Source of the DNA: Candidatus Kapaibacterium sp.
Lineage (GTDB): Bacteria > Bacteroidota > Ignavibacteria > Kapaibacteriales > UBA2268
Direction of reading: 5' to 3'
DNA length: 40,867 nucleotides
Assembly (NCBI GenBank): GCA_937936035.1
Contig: CALGXJ010000085.1
Coordinates: 1 to 40,867 of the forward strand
Part shown: in pieces, positions 18,300 to 27,793 of the stretch
Numbering within the stretch: position 1 is the stretch's first letter
Layout: every line of letters starts with the position of its first letter
Notes under the pieces: model-generated
The model's database searches: none
What the model was told of the DNA's origin: nothing
What the model saw: only the letters and a program-made list of their open reading frames with translations
Translations under genes and position numbers: made by a program

Positions 18300-20261
18300 A
18301 TGAAAGGGAAAAATATGTTGATAAATTTGAACAAATACAATATTGCACGCTTTGCGGTTGTCTCGCCTGAGGTTAGAATTGCGGATGTCCCGTTCAATGT
18401 GGAAAAAATCAAGGAAGCAGTAGGAACAGGTTTAGAAAACAAGTGTAATTTTTATTTATTCCCTGAATTGTCGATAACAGGATATTCCTGCGGTGATTTA
18501 TTTTTTCAGGATAACTTGAATCGGGCTGTCGAGCAAGGACTGTTGGATTTGCAGAAATTCACTCAGCAACAAGCCGTTTCAATCGTGGTTGGTGCACCTT
18601 TGCGCTCGCTCGGAAAAATGTTTAACTGTGCTGTTTTCATTTCAAATGGGCAAATTCTGGGGGTTGTTCCAAAAACATTTATTCCGAATTACGATGAATA
18701 TTACGAAGAACGCTGGTTTTCCGGCGATGGTGATAGAAACTGTTCGTTTATTGAAATAAATGGAATGGAAATTCCTTTTGGAGCGGACTTAGTGTTCCAA
18801 GCAAAGGATTTTCCATTACTTCGCATAGGCATTGAAATATGCGAGGATTTGTGGTCGGTAGTGCCACCGAGTTCGGATTTGGCTCTTGCGGGTGCGAATG
18901 TTTTGCTGAATTTGTCGGCGAGCAGTGAGTATCTGGGGAAGGCAGAATACAGGAGAAATCTGGTAGTATCGCAATCTGCACGTTGCCATGCTGCATATCT
19001 TTATTCATCGGCGGGACCGGGCGAAAGCTCAACCGATTTTATAATGTCCGGGCATTGCATTATAGCAGAAAATGGGAGAGCATTGGAAGAAAGCCGCCGG
19101 TTTTCGTTTAATACACAAATGATTATCTCAGATGTAGATATTGAGAAACTAAATTCAGAACGTTTGAAAAATAGTTCATTTGCAACTGGACGCACACAGA
19201 AACAATATAAAACAATTGGGTTTGAATTTGGGACTGTATCGTCTACAAAGCTATTACGGCATATTCCAAAGTTGCCGTTTGTTCCGCGCTCTTATCAGCA
19301 GAAAAAAGAAGTGTGTGAAGAAATATTAAACATACAAATCACTGCTCTTTCGAAGCGCCTAAAGCATATTGGAATACAAAATGTAGTGTTGGGTGTTTCC
19401 GGCGGGCTGGATTCAACTCTTGCATTGATTGTATGTGCCAAAACTTTTGAAAGACTTGGATTAAACAAAAACGGTATTCTGGCGGTCTCTATGCCTTGCT
19501 TTGGCACTTCGAGCCGAACAAAGATAAATGCAAAGAAATTGTCAGAGGCGCTTGGAGTTAGCTTTAGAGAAATTGATATTACAGACACAGTCAGGTCGCA
19601 CTTTAAAGATATTTTGCACAATGAAAATCAAACCGATTTAGTTTTCGAAAATGCACAGGCGCGGGTAAGAACATTAATATTAATGGACTTAGCAAACAAG
19701 CTCAACGGTATTGTGGTCGGAACAGGCGATTTATCTGAAGCTGCATTGGGATGGAGCACATACAACGGCGACCATATGTCTATGTATAACGTTAATTCGG
19801 GAGTTCCAAAAACACTTGTGATGTATTTGATTGACTGGGCAAAAGACAATTTGTTCTCGGGAGAGGCGTCCCAAATACTTGGGAACATTATGGAAACACC
19901 GATCTCCCCTGAACTATTGCCTGCAAGCGAGGACGAACTTGTTCAGCAGACTGAAAAAATCATAGGTCCCTATTTACTACACGATTTTTTCCTATATTAC
20001 TTTGCCCGGTTTGGTTATTCGCCCACAAAAATTATGATGATGGCAAAAGTTGCATTTGGCGAAAAGTTTAAAAATTATGAAATCAAAGATAGTATGAAAA
20101 AATTTATTACACGGTTTTTCGTTAATCAATATAAACGTTCTTGCGTTCCCGATGGAGTAAAAGTAGGAACGGTTGCATTATCTCCGCGAGGAGACTGGAG
20201 AATGCCGAGCGACGCTGTGATGGAAGTATGGCTTTCAGAAATCGATAGGTTCGAGATATGA
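18300..20261 (+). CDS. nadE: Glutamine-dependent NAD+ synthetase
   Basis: Nitrilase-type N domain (FPELSITGY, PK, EICEDLW) plus synthetase domain (GVSGGLDST, ENAQARVR, GTGDLSE, SPELLP, LSPRGDWRMPSD). Confidence 0.95.
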   Translation: MKGKNMLINLNKYNIARFAVVSPEVRIADVPFNVEKIKEAVGTGLENKCNFYLFPELSITGYSCGDLFFQDNLNRAVEQGLLDLQKFTQQQAVSIVVGAPLRSLGKMFNCAVFISNGQILGVVPKTFIPNYDEYYEERWFSGDGDRNCSFIEINGMEIPFGADLVFQAKDFPLLRIGIEICEDLWSVVPPSSDLALAGANVLLNLSASSEYLGKAEYRRNLVVSQSARCHAAYLYSSAGPGESSTDFIMSGHCIIAENGRALEESRRFSFNTQMIISDVDIEKLNSERLKNSSFATGRTQKQYKTIGFEFGTVSSTKLLRHIPKLPFVPRSYQQKKEVCEEILNIQITALSKRLKHIGIQNVVLGVSGGLDSTLALIVCAKTFERLGLNKNGILAVSMPCFGTSSRTKINAKKLSEALGVSFREIDITDTVRSHFKDILHNENQTDLVFENAQARVRTLILMDLANKLNGIVVGTGDLSEAALGWSTYNGDHMSMYNVNSGVPKTLVMYLIDWAKDNLFSGEASQILGNIMETPISPELLPASEDELVQQTEKIIGPYLLHDFFLYYFARFGYSPTKIMMMAKVAFGEKFKNYEIKDSMKKFITRFFVNQYKRSCVPDGVKVGTVALSPRGDWRMPSDAVMEVWLSEIDRFEI

Positions 20262-20920
20262 GCGATTTATTCGATATAAATAATCCGCTATTGATAGTAA
20301 TAGCAGACGACCACGAGATAGTCCGTGCTGGGCTTAAACGTTTGCTTAATATTGAAAAATCTTTCAGAATAATTGATGAAGCACGTAATGGCGAAGAAGC
20401 AGTGGAGCTTGCGAGCTACCACAAGCCAAATGTAATGCTACTCGATATACTGATGCCAGTAATGACAGGGATTGAGGCATTGCCTATGATTAAGAAAATG
20501 TCGCCAGACACGATGGTTGTGATGCTTACTGCATTCGAGGACTCATTGCATATAGAACAGGCAATTGAAGCCGGAGCCGACGGGTATTTATCGAAAGATA
20601 TTTCATCAGCTGGTTTGATAGATGCTATTAAAAAAGTGGTGCTGGGCGAAAGAGTATTCAGCAAGTCAATTCTGAATATGATGCAGCATAAGTTATTAAA
20701 ATCTCAGACAGAAGCCAAAACAGTTTCTATTACAAAACGAGAGCAGGAAGTGCTGAATCTGATTGCTGAAGGCAAGACCAATGCAGAAATTGCAGAAATA
20801 CTATTCTTAAGCGTTCGCACAGTGGAATCGCACCGTTATAATTTAATGCAGAAGCTTCAATGTTCGAACACTGCAAGTTTAGTTCGTTATGCCATAAAGA
20901 ACAGAATAGCCAACGTTTAG
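20258..20920 (+). CDS. NarL/LuxR-family response regulator
   Basis: REC domain (ADDHEIVRAG, LLDILMP, GYLSK) plus LuxR HTH (TKREQEVL...SVRTVESHR). ATGA overlap with nadE. Confidence 0.92.
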   Translation: MSDLFDINNPLLIVIADDHEIVRAGLKRLLNIEKSFRIIDEARNGEEAVELASYHKPNVMLLDILMPVMTGIEALPMIKKMSPDTMVVMLTAFEDSLHIEQAIEAGADGYLSKDISSAGLIDAIKKVVLGERVFSKSILNMMQHKLLKSQTEAKTVSITKREQEVLNLIAEGKTNAEIAEILFLSVRTVESHRYNLMQKLQCSNTASLVRYAIKNRIANV

Positions 20921-20942
20921 TAATTATTAAGCATCAATCAAT

Positions 20943-20979
20943 AAAAAAACAGGCTGCACTTTTGACATAATGCAGCCTG
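20943..20979 (-). terminator. Intrinsic terminator between convergent genes
   Basis: Perfect 9-bp stem CAGGCTGCA/TGCAGCCTG (20950-20979). A7 at 20943-20949 gives a U tract on the minus strand, after the RND gene. Confidence 0.75.
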
Positions 20980-21000
20980 AATAATTATTATTTTGATAGA

Positions 21001-24000
21001 TTATGCTGTTTTTCTCTTAAATATACCTTTAATTTTTCCGAATATTGCTTTCCCGAATGCGTCATTAAGATAATCAGCAGCTGGAATAACATAGATAGTT
21101 AGAATAGTCGATACCAGCAATCCACCTAAGGAAACAATACCAAGTGGCATACGCAATTCTTTACCGAAATCGCCAATCCCCAAAGCCAAAGGGAGCATGC
21201 CCAGAATAATTGCAGCAGAAGCCATAATCTGTGGTTTTAGCTTTGTCGGGGCAGCTTCCACCAATGCATCGCGGTGGCTCAAACCATTACGAACCAATTG
21301 GTTAGAGTAATCGAGTATGAGAATTGCGTTGTTGACTACAATTCCCACAAGCATTATTATTGCCATCATCGAAATTGTGTTCATAGTTGCACCAGTGATA
21401 AACAAAATTCCAAGCACACCGATAAAGGACAATGGCAAAGTGCTCATAATAATAAGCGGTTGCACTAAATCTTCGAGTAGTGCAGCAAGCAACATATATG
21501 TAAGCACAATTGCAATTAAAAATGCACGCAACATTTCAGCAATAGTTTCCTTCATCATCTCTGCACTACCACCCCATTTATAGTAATAGCCGGCAGGCAT
21601 TTCAATTTTAGCAAGGCGTTTTTCTATTTCATTGGTAACCTGACCTAACGGAACACCAGCGGCAGGTGAGCCGGTAAACTTGATTGTTGTTAGCTTGTCG
21701 CGGTGCAGAATTTTTGCGAAACCTTTGGTGAAGCGAACTTCACCTAATTGTGATAAGCGATAGGAGCCATTCGGAGTTGCAACTGGGATATTGCCAACCT
21801 TTTCGGGGGTGTTGTATACGTCGTCAAAAAGTTTTACTTTAATGTCATATTCTTCGCCTTTTTCTCTGTATGTTGTAGCTACAAGCCCTTCCATAGAAGC
21901 GCGGAGTGTCATTGCCACATCCATTACAGTAATACCTGCTTCCTCTATTATGTCCCGATACGGATAAATTGTAATTTCAGGCTTACCAGAACGTGAGGAA
22001 TTATCGAAGTTTATTAGTCCTGGAACAGTTGATATTTCGTTGACGACTTGAGTTTTTAATCGTTCAAGCACAAGTGCGTCGTCTCCCAACAAGTAGAATT
22101 CCACAGGAGCACCAGGACCGCCAACGTTATTTGCGTAATCAACTTTTATTTTTGCATTTGGTATATCGGAAAGCAAGTTTGTAAATTCAGTAATATATTC
22201 TTGAAGCATAGTTTCGCGTTTGTTTGCGTCTGTAACAGTAACATCCATCATAGCAAGGTTTGTATTTTTGTCGAGTTCGCTTTGCTTGCCCAAGCTTGTA
22301 ACAATTTTGACAACATCCGGATATTGGCTTATGCGCCGCTCAATTTCTGCCATTACGATAGCCGTTTCGTCAATATTATAACCATCAGGTAATTCTACGT
22401 ATATTCTAACCTGCGAATCGTCGACACGTGGGAAGTTTTCGAAACCAATAGAAGGACCTAAAACAATAAAGCTAAGAATAAGCAGAGCAAACGAACCGAA
22501 GGCAACAAGCGAAGCATAGAGCTTTCGGCTTAGAACCCACGCAAGAGTGCGTTTATAGAATTGTTCCACTTTAGACCAATATTTTTCTATGGCAGCACCA
22601 ATTTTCCCGACTTTTATCTCTTTCGGCAGTAGCAAAGAAGCAAGCATCGGGGTTACAGTAAACGAAACCAACAAAGAGAACAAAGTTGCATAAGTAACTG
22701 TCAGAGCAAATTCACGGAAGAAGAGACCAACCATAGAAGTCATCTGTGCAATCGGGAGAAATACAACGAGGTTTGTCATTGTAGCAGCAAGGACAGCGAC
22801 AACTACTTCGTCGGTTCCCTTAGCAGCTGCTTCTTTATTGCTCGAACCGAGCTCTTCTTTGTGTCGGAAAATGTTTTCAATAACAACAATTGAGTTGGAA
22901 ACAAGCACACCGACCGAGACGGAAAGCCCCATCAGAGTCATCACATTTAACGAGAAACCGGAAATTTGCATTAAAAAGAATGTTGAAATTATCGAAATTG
23001 GCATTGCCAAAGCAACAATAAATGTTGTTCTGATATTGTGTAGGAAGAACAGCAATACAAATCCGGTCAGGATAATTCCCATATATATATTTGATAAAGC
23101 ATCGCTGACAGAGCTTTTAATAAATTCAGAGCGGTCCAATGCGATGTCTAATTTCATACCTTTGGGCAGTGTTTTCTCGATTTGAGGCAATGATTTGCGT
23201 ATTGCATTTGCTACATTAACAACGTTTCCATCGGGTGATTTTATGATGCCGATGTTGATAACGTTATCGAGACGTTCTTTTGTTTTATTATCGAAGAATA
23301 CGGCACGTTCGCGGACATCTTTTCCTTCGTCGAAAACCTCAGCAAGCTGCCCGATTTTTTTTAGTCCCCCGCTGGTAGGAACTTGTAGTTCTTTGATTTG
23401 TTCTGGAGTAGAATATTGTCCTTGCATACGAACAGTGTATTCCTGCCCTTGCAGTTTAAAATATCCTGCTGGAATATCAATATTGTGCGCTCTTAAAACT
23501 TGAATGAGCTGTGGCAGAGAAATATTGTTCTCGTAAACGGTGCGATTGTCGAGTTTCACTTGAATTTCGCGTTCCTGCCCGCCGGTGATGGTAACATTCG
23601 CTACGCCTTCAATTTGCGAGAAGCGATCGCGAAGCACTCTATCGGCGTAGAAATAAAGTTGACGAGGGTCGGTTTGCTCACCTGATAGGATAACATTAAC
23701 AACAGGGAAAGCCTGCAAGTCTACTTTTTGAATGATTGGCAATTTAGCATCTGTTGGGAGTTCGCTCAGAATAGCATCTACCTTATCTTTCACTTCCTGA
23801 TTGGCAATATCTATGTCTTTGTCGAGTTCAAACTGAATAATAGAAATAGAAACACCATCGAGCGAATATGAATCGATTACTTTAATTTTTGAGACTGTCG
23901 AGACTGCATCTTCGATTTTCTTTGTAATTTGTGTTTCAATTTCTTTCGGACCGGCACCCGGATAAACTGTTGAGATGGTTACATAAGGGATTTCAACATC

Positions 24001-24114
24001 GGGCATCTGGTTGAGAGTAAGGCTGAAATATGCCAATCCACCGAATAAGACAAATACGATGATTAGCATACTCATCATTATTGGTCGATTGACAGATATA
24101 TGGGCAATTTTCAT
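21001..24114 (-). CDS. RND efflux permease (AcrB/AcrD/AcrF family)
   Basis: 1037 aa; YPGAGPKEIE, IVVIENI, GIVVNNAIL and PLALG motifs; two TM blocks with large periplasmic loops. Confidence 0.93.
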   Translation of the reverse strand: MKIAHISVNRPIMMSMLIIVFVLFGGLAYFSLTLNQMPDVEIPYVTISTVYPGAGPKEIETQITKKIEDAVSTVSKIKVIDSYSLDGVSISIIQFELDKDIDIANQEVKDKVDAILSELPTDAKLPIIQKVDLQAFPVVNVILSGEQTDPRQLYFYADRVLRDRFSQIEGVANVTITGGQEREIQVKLDNRTVYENNISLPQLIQVLRAHNIDIPAGYFKLQGQEYTVRMQGQYSTPEQIKELQVPTSGGLKKIGQLAEVFDEGKDVRERAVFFDNKTKERLDNVINIGIIKSPDGNVVNVANAIRKSLPQIEKTLPKGMKLDIALDRSEFIKSSVSDALSNIYMGIILTGFVLLFFLHNIRTTFIVALAMPISIISTFFLMQISGFSLNVMTLMGLSVSVGVLVSNSIVVIENIFRHKEELGSSNKEAAAKGTDEVVVAVLAATMTNLVVFLPIAQMTSMVGLFFREFALTVTYATLFSLLVSFTVTPMLASLLLPKEIKVGKIGAAIEKYWSKVEQFYKRTLAWVLSRKLYASLVAFGSFALLILSFIVLGPSIGFENFPRVDDSQVRIYVELPDGYNIDETAIVMAEIERRISQYPDVVKIVTSLGKQSELDKNTNLAMMDVTVTDANKRETMLQEYITEFTNLLSDIPNAKIKVDYANNVGGPGAPVEFYLLGDDALVLERLKTQVVNEISTVPGLINFDNSSRSGKPEITIYPYRDIIEEAGITVMDVAMTLRASMEGLVATTYREKGEEYDIKVKLFDDVYNTPEKVGNIPVATPNGSYRLSQLGEVRFTKGFAKILHRDKLTTIKFTGSPAAGVPLGQVTNEIEKRLAKIEMPAGYYYKWGGSAEMMKETIAEMLRAFLIAIVLTYMLLAALLEDLVQPLIIMSTLPLSFIGVLGILFITGATMNTISMMAIIMLVGIVVNNAILILDYSNQLVRNGLSHRDALVEAAPTKLKPQIMASAAIILGMLPLALGIGDFGKELRMPLGIVSLGGLLVSTILTIYVIPAADYLNDAFGKAIFGKIKGIFKRKTA

Positions 24115-24124
24115 ATTTTCACCT

Positions 24125-25162
24125 CTAATTTACGATTTTAACTTTACTACCATTGCGCAGAAGGAAAATACCGTCTGTAATAAGACGATCGCCGGGATTT
24201 AATCCTTCGGTAATTTCAATATCAATACTACTTTCAATACCCGTTTTTACTGTTTGCTTGTAAGCTTTGCCATCTTTTTCCACAAACACATATTTATCGT
24301 CTCCGTCGAATACTATATATCGGCGTGGTACCACAATTGCATTGCTTTTTTTGTATGCATTAATGCGAATATCTGCTGTAACGCCACTGCGTATTTTCCC
24401 GTGTGAATTATCGAACACAATTTCCACGCCATAGGCATTGTGTTTAGGATCGATTGATAAATCAACAGCAGCCACCTTGCCAGTAAATACATCACCATTA
24501 AGTTTCATTGTAGCGTCCATTCCAGGCTTAACGTATTGCACTTCAATAGGTGAAGCCCAAACTTTAGCTTTTACTTTATTCAGTTGGGCAACAGTGAATA
24601 GATTATCCCCTGCTTTGACCTTATCGCCTTCTTTGACAAGCATTTGAGTGATTGTGCCGCTAATCGGAGATTCTATATTAATAAGTTTGTAGATAGATTC
24701 CCAATTGCGTTTTGCAACTAAATACTGAGCTTCGGCATTATCGAAATTCTGTTGTGAAGTTTCGCCTGCTGCGAGCAATTGCTTCATACGCTCGTAGAGC
24801 TTTTTCGCATTTTCGTAGCCGACTTTGGCTTGTTCGTATTGTATACGAGGATTGTCCTTTGGAAATTCTACAATTACTTGGCCCTCGCGGACACGAGAGC
24901 CGACTTTGGCGTTTATTCTCGCTATTTTGTCTTCGAGAGCAGCCTGCTGCATAGTTTCTTTAATTCCTGATATTTTGGCTAAGAATCTGAGGTCTTTTTC
25001 GAATCCGCGTTCGCCAATTGTAGTAATACGAACCGGGACGCCGGCTTCGGCGCGAATTTGTTCGATACTTTTGCCTGGTTTCACTTTCTTTTGGCAGGCA
25101 GAAAAGGACAGTGCAATAATAAGTCCCAGTAGTAATGTTTTAGATAAATTAAAATTTTTCAT
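24125..25162 (-). CDS. RND periplasmic adaptor (membrane fusion protein), lipoprotein
   Basis: Lipobox FSAC; IESPISGTI..VKEGDKVKAGD; GLNPGDRLITDG. Confidence 0.9.
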   Translation of the reverse strand: MKNFNLSKTLLLGLIIALSFSACQKKVKPGKSIEQIRAEAGVPVRITTIGERGFEKDLRFLAKISGIKETMQQAALEDKIARINAKVGSRVREGQVIVEFPKDNPRIQYEQAKVGYENAKKLYERMKQLLAAGETSQQNFDNAEAQYLVAKRNWESIYKLINIESPISGTITQMLVKEGDKVKAGDNLFTVAQLNKVKAKVWASPIEVQYVKPGMDATMKLNGDVFTGKVAAVDLSIDPKHNAYGVEIVFDNSHGKIRSGVTADIRINAYKKSNAIVVPRRYIVFDGDDKYVFVEKDGKAYKQTVKTGIESSIDIEITEGLNPGDRLITDGIFLLRNGSKVKIVN

Positions 25163-25185
25163 AATTTATAAAACTCCTTCAATTA

Positions 25186-26607
25186 TTAATTTTCATCAAT
25201 ATATTTCGAATAAATTGTGAAATATTTAGAGCTAATGTTTCCAAGCAAAGCTTCGAGTTCGTTCTTTGCGATAGTACAGTCGTAGTATGATTGCAACAGG
25301 TTAGTTTTTGCCTGACGAAGAGCAAGGTCTGCATTCTCGATTTCAAGTTGGCTGCCGGTTCCTTCGCGATAGCGTGTGGTTGCAATTTCGTAGCCGCGTT
25401 CCGCAAGTTTCACATTTCGTTCCTGAGCTTCAATGTTGGACTTAATACGAGCTAAGTCGTTAATTTTGGATTTCACCTGGATGGAAATCGCCTGACGAAG
25501 CTGCATAATCTGGTAGTCGGTTTTTTCAACATCTATCATGCTTTGCTGAACTTTGTTTGTTGTTCGCATACCGTTGAATAAGTTAATGCTAAAACTTAAA
25601 CCAACAATAGCACTTCTGTAATTATTAAAATTCAAATTGTCAGATGAACCATTAAATGAATAGTTCCCAAAAGCTACAATCGAAGGCCAGTATTCAGAAC
25701 GACTAACTTCGACAAATGCATTATTCACTCTGCGAAGGTTTTCCAGAGTGAGCAAATCATAGTTGCTCTTCATTGCTTGCTCAATTGCTGTTTGCTCGGG
25801 AAGTATGTCGCTGCTGTCGTAGTCGATTTCGCCTTCGACGTCAATTTCCTGCGATTGCGGGATTGCCATTGATATTTTGAGACCTTCTTTTGCAAGTTTC
25901 AGTGCATTTTCCATTTGAAGTACCGCGGGGCGAATGTTTTCAACACGAACTTCGGCTGTAAGTGCATCGAATTCCGAAACAAGTCCTTGCTGACGAAGTG
26001 ACTTTACATTCGACAAATTGCGTTGAGCATTTTCGAAGCTTTCGCGGGTAATCTCCAATAATTTTTTAGTAAGAATCACGGAATAGAAATTTTTTTTAAT
26101 CTCTGTAATTTTAGACACAATACTTGATTTTAAGGCAACTTTCGATGTTTGAAGGTATGTACCGGATGCTCCGATACCTTCAAAAACTGCCGAGTTAAAA
26201 AGAATCTGGGAAACCTGTATTTTTGTTTCGTAAGAGTTCGCCTGAGCAAACGATTGAAGTTTAGTTTTCATTGGAAGAAATTTTGAATTATCACGGGGCA
26301 GTAAGCCTTCGTCAAACAAAACCCCATAGGTAGCATTTGTAAGCATTGAACGAAAATCCGGGAAAGCCATTTTCGGCTTTTCTACAAAATGATTGAACCC
26401 GGCTGATAAATCAACCGAAGGCATAGCATAGCCGTATGCTTCGCGGACAGCTGCACGGGCTTTCTCGATTTCTAAAACTGCTTGCTTTATGTCGTAGTTG
26501 TTCTCCAACCCTGTACGGATAGCGTCTTCGAGGGTATAGACTTTCACTTGAGCGGAAGCAGCCAGCGAGCAAAAAGCTAAAATAGTTATTAAAATAAGTT
26601 TTTTCAT
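25186..26607 (-). CDS. TolC-family outer membrane efflux protein
   Basis: Signal peptide from ATG 26607 (MKKLILITIL...), which overlaps the TetR stop (TGATG); TLEDAI, RYREGTGSQLEI. Confidence 0.9.
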   Translation of the reverse strand: MKKLILITILAFCSLAASAQVKVYTLEDAIRTGLENNYDIKQAVLEIEKARAAVREAYGYAMPSVDLSAGFNHFVEKPKMAFPDFRSMLTNATYGVLFDEGLLPRDNSKFLPMKTKLQSFAQANSYETKIQVSQILFNSAVFEGIGASGTYLQTSKVALKSSIVSKITEIKKNFYSVILTKKLLEITRESFENAQRNLSNVKSLRQQGLVSEFDALTAEVRVENIRPAVLQMENALKLAKEGLKISMAIPQSQEIDVEGEIDYDSSDILPEQTAIEQAMKSNYDLLTLENLRRVNNAFVEVSRSEYWPSIVAFGNYSFNGSSDNLNFNNYRSAIVGLSFSINLFNGMRTTNKVQQSMIDVEKTDYQIMQLRQAISIQVKSKINDLARIKSNIEAQERNVKLAERGYEIATTRYREGTGSQLEIENADLALRQAKTNLLQSYYDCTIAKNELEALLGNISSKYFTIYSKYIDEN

Positions 26608-27254
26608 CAACTTTCTTGAAAATTTATTGGACATAATTTATTGTGATAATCAGAATATTTCTGACGAGCAGAATCAGTTAGCACGCCTCTAAAGATAACA
26701 CTGAAAATAGTTCCCAAAATTTCCTTTGGTGCAGCTTGCAACCGCATAATCATAGTTGGGGTAACAAGGTTCTGCACAAGAGTAAGATGCATATGAAAGA
26801 GAACTTCAGCATTTACATCAGATCGGAAAAAACCTTGTTCGACACCAATTTTGAAGATACGGGAAAAATTTTTCTCAATAACTTTTTGACGGAACTGATA
26901 GATTTTGTCCCAGAGGTGCGGAGTATATTTTTGCATATCGTCGAAGAATTCCCGGGTAAATTTAATCGCCGAGTCGGCATCTAATTGCCATATTTTATTA
27001 ATTTCTTCGATCAGGTTAGCCTCAGGATTTTGTTCTACGTATTCGAGAATATTTTCTACAAACGACTTGGTTTTTTCCAGTTCCAAATCAATAATCGACT
27101 CGAACAATTCTTCTTTTGTCCGGAAATGTTCGTAGAGAGTGCGTTTACTAATACCAATTTTTTGAGATAATTCGTCTGTACGAACATTCCGGAACCCAAG
27201 ACGGGCAAATTCTTCGCGAGCAATTTTGAGTATTTTATCTTTTACTTCCAACAC
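26607..27254 (-). CDS. TetR/AcrR-family regulator
   Basis: HTH GFRNVRTDELSQKIGISKRTLYEHFRTKEEL. The start is probably GTG 27254 or TTG 27251 (GGAG just upstream), not 27299. Confidence 0.9.
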   Translation of the reverse strand: MLEVKDKILKIAREEFARLGFRNVRTDELSQKIGISKRTLYEHFRTKEELFESIIDLELEKTKSFVENILEYVEQNPEANLIEEINKIWQLDADSAIKFTREFFDDMQKYTPHLWDKIYQFRQKVIEKNFSRIFKIGVEQGFFRSDVNAEVLFHMHLTLVQNLVTPTMIMRLQAAPKEILGTIFSVIFRGVLTDSARQKYSDYHNKLCPINFQES

Positions 27255-27262
27255 AAACTCCG

Positions 27263-27304
27263 AAAACTTAAAAAACGAAATTAGTTTTTTGACGCACAAA
27301 ATTA
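27263..27304 (-). promoter_or_regulatory. Promoter -7 element and candidate TetR operator
   Basis: TAATTTTG on the minus strand at 27297-27304. Inverted repeat AAAACT-N14-AGTTTT at 27263-27288 lies between the promoter and the start codon. Confidence 0.5.
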
Positions 27305-27394
27305 TAAAATATTTCGGAGAAAATACGTAATTTTTTCACGTAAGTTTCAATTTTTTATGTTTATGGAGTTAAAGTGCAACGAAAAATGATTTTT

Positions 27395-27426
27395 TTTGGA
27401 AAAAAATAAAAAATCAATTATTTTTG
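27395..27426 (+). promoter_or_regulatory. tRNA promoter (TTTG-N20-TATTTTTG)
   Basis: Exact Bacteroidota consensus spacing, 16 nt upstream of the tRNA. Confidence 0.65.
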
Positions 27427-27442
27427 TAACTCAAGACGCGAC

Positions 27443-27524
27443 GGAGGATTCGCATAATGGTATTGCAGCGGTCTTGAAAACCGCCGGGCGCAAGCCTGTG
27501 GGGGTTCGAGTCCCTCATCCTCCG
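27443..27524 (+). tRNA. tRNA-Ser (anticodon TGA)
   Basis: Acceptor stem GGAGGAT/ATCCTCC with discriminator G; anticodon arm GCGGT-CTTGAAA-ACCGC; long variable arm GGGC-GCAA-GCCT; T loop GGTTCGAGTCC. CCA is not encoded. Confidence 0.95.
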
Positions 27525-27595
27525 CAAAGTTGTTGAAATACAACTACCGGCTGAAGTTTGTTAGGATGTTGATAATTATTGAAATGCAGATTATG

Positions 27596-27637
27596 TAAAC
27601 CCCAGTTTTAGCAAAATCTGGGGTTTAATATTTTTAT
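27596..27637 (+). terminator. Intrinsic terminator downstream of the tRNA
   Basis: 10-bp stem TAAACCCCAG/CTGGGGTTTA followed by a T-rich tract. Confidence 0.7.
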
Positions 27638-27729
27638 TATAAGAAAGATAAATTATTTTGTAAATAATCTAAATATCACATCAGATTAAAATTACTAAAG
27701 GCTTTTTAGCTGAACTGTTAATCGCACTA

Positions 27730-27764
27730 TTTGCTAAAAATTAGCATAATTTTTACTATATTTG
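27730..27764 (+). promoter_or_regulatory. Putative lspA promoter with overlapping palindrome
   Basis: TATATTTG at 27757-27764; TTTG at 27730-27733 (spacer 23 nt, slightly long); TGCTAA-AAA-TTAGCA at 27732-27746. Confidence 0.45.
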
Positions 27765-27793
27765 TTGTTTTATGAATTGTTGATGAAATAGTT

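Noticed and set aside
27443-27524. Selenocysteine or suppressor tRNA because of 'TGA'
   Set aside because: Anticodon TGA reads the Ser codon UCA; tRNA-Sec needs anticodon TCA. The 7-bp acceptor stem is normal.
27732-27746. CIRCE (HrcA) element
   Set aside because: The arms are in the opposite orientation and the spacing does not fit TTAGCACTC-N9-GAGTGCTAA.
27443-27790. tRNA-Ser as an integration site for a mobile element
   Set aside because: No integrase is present, I noticed no duplicated tRNA 3' end, and the flanks are a terminator and the housekeeping lspA gene.
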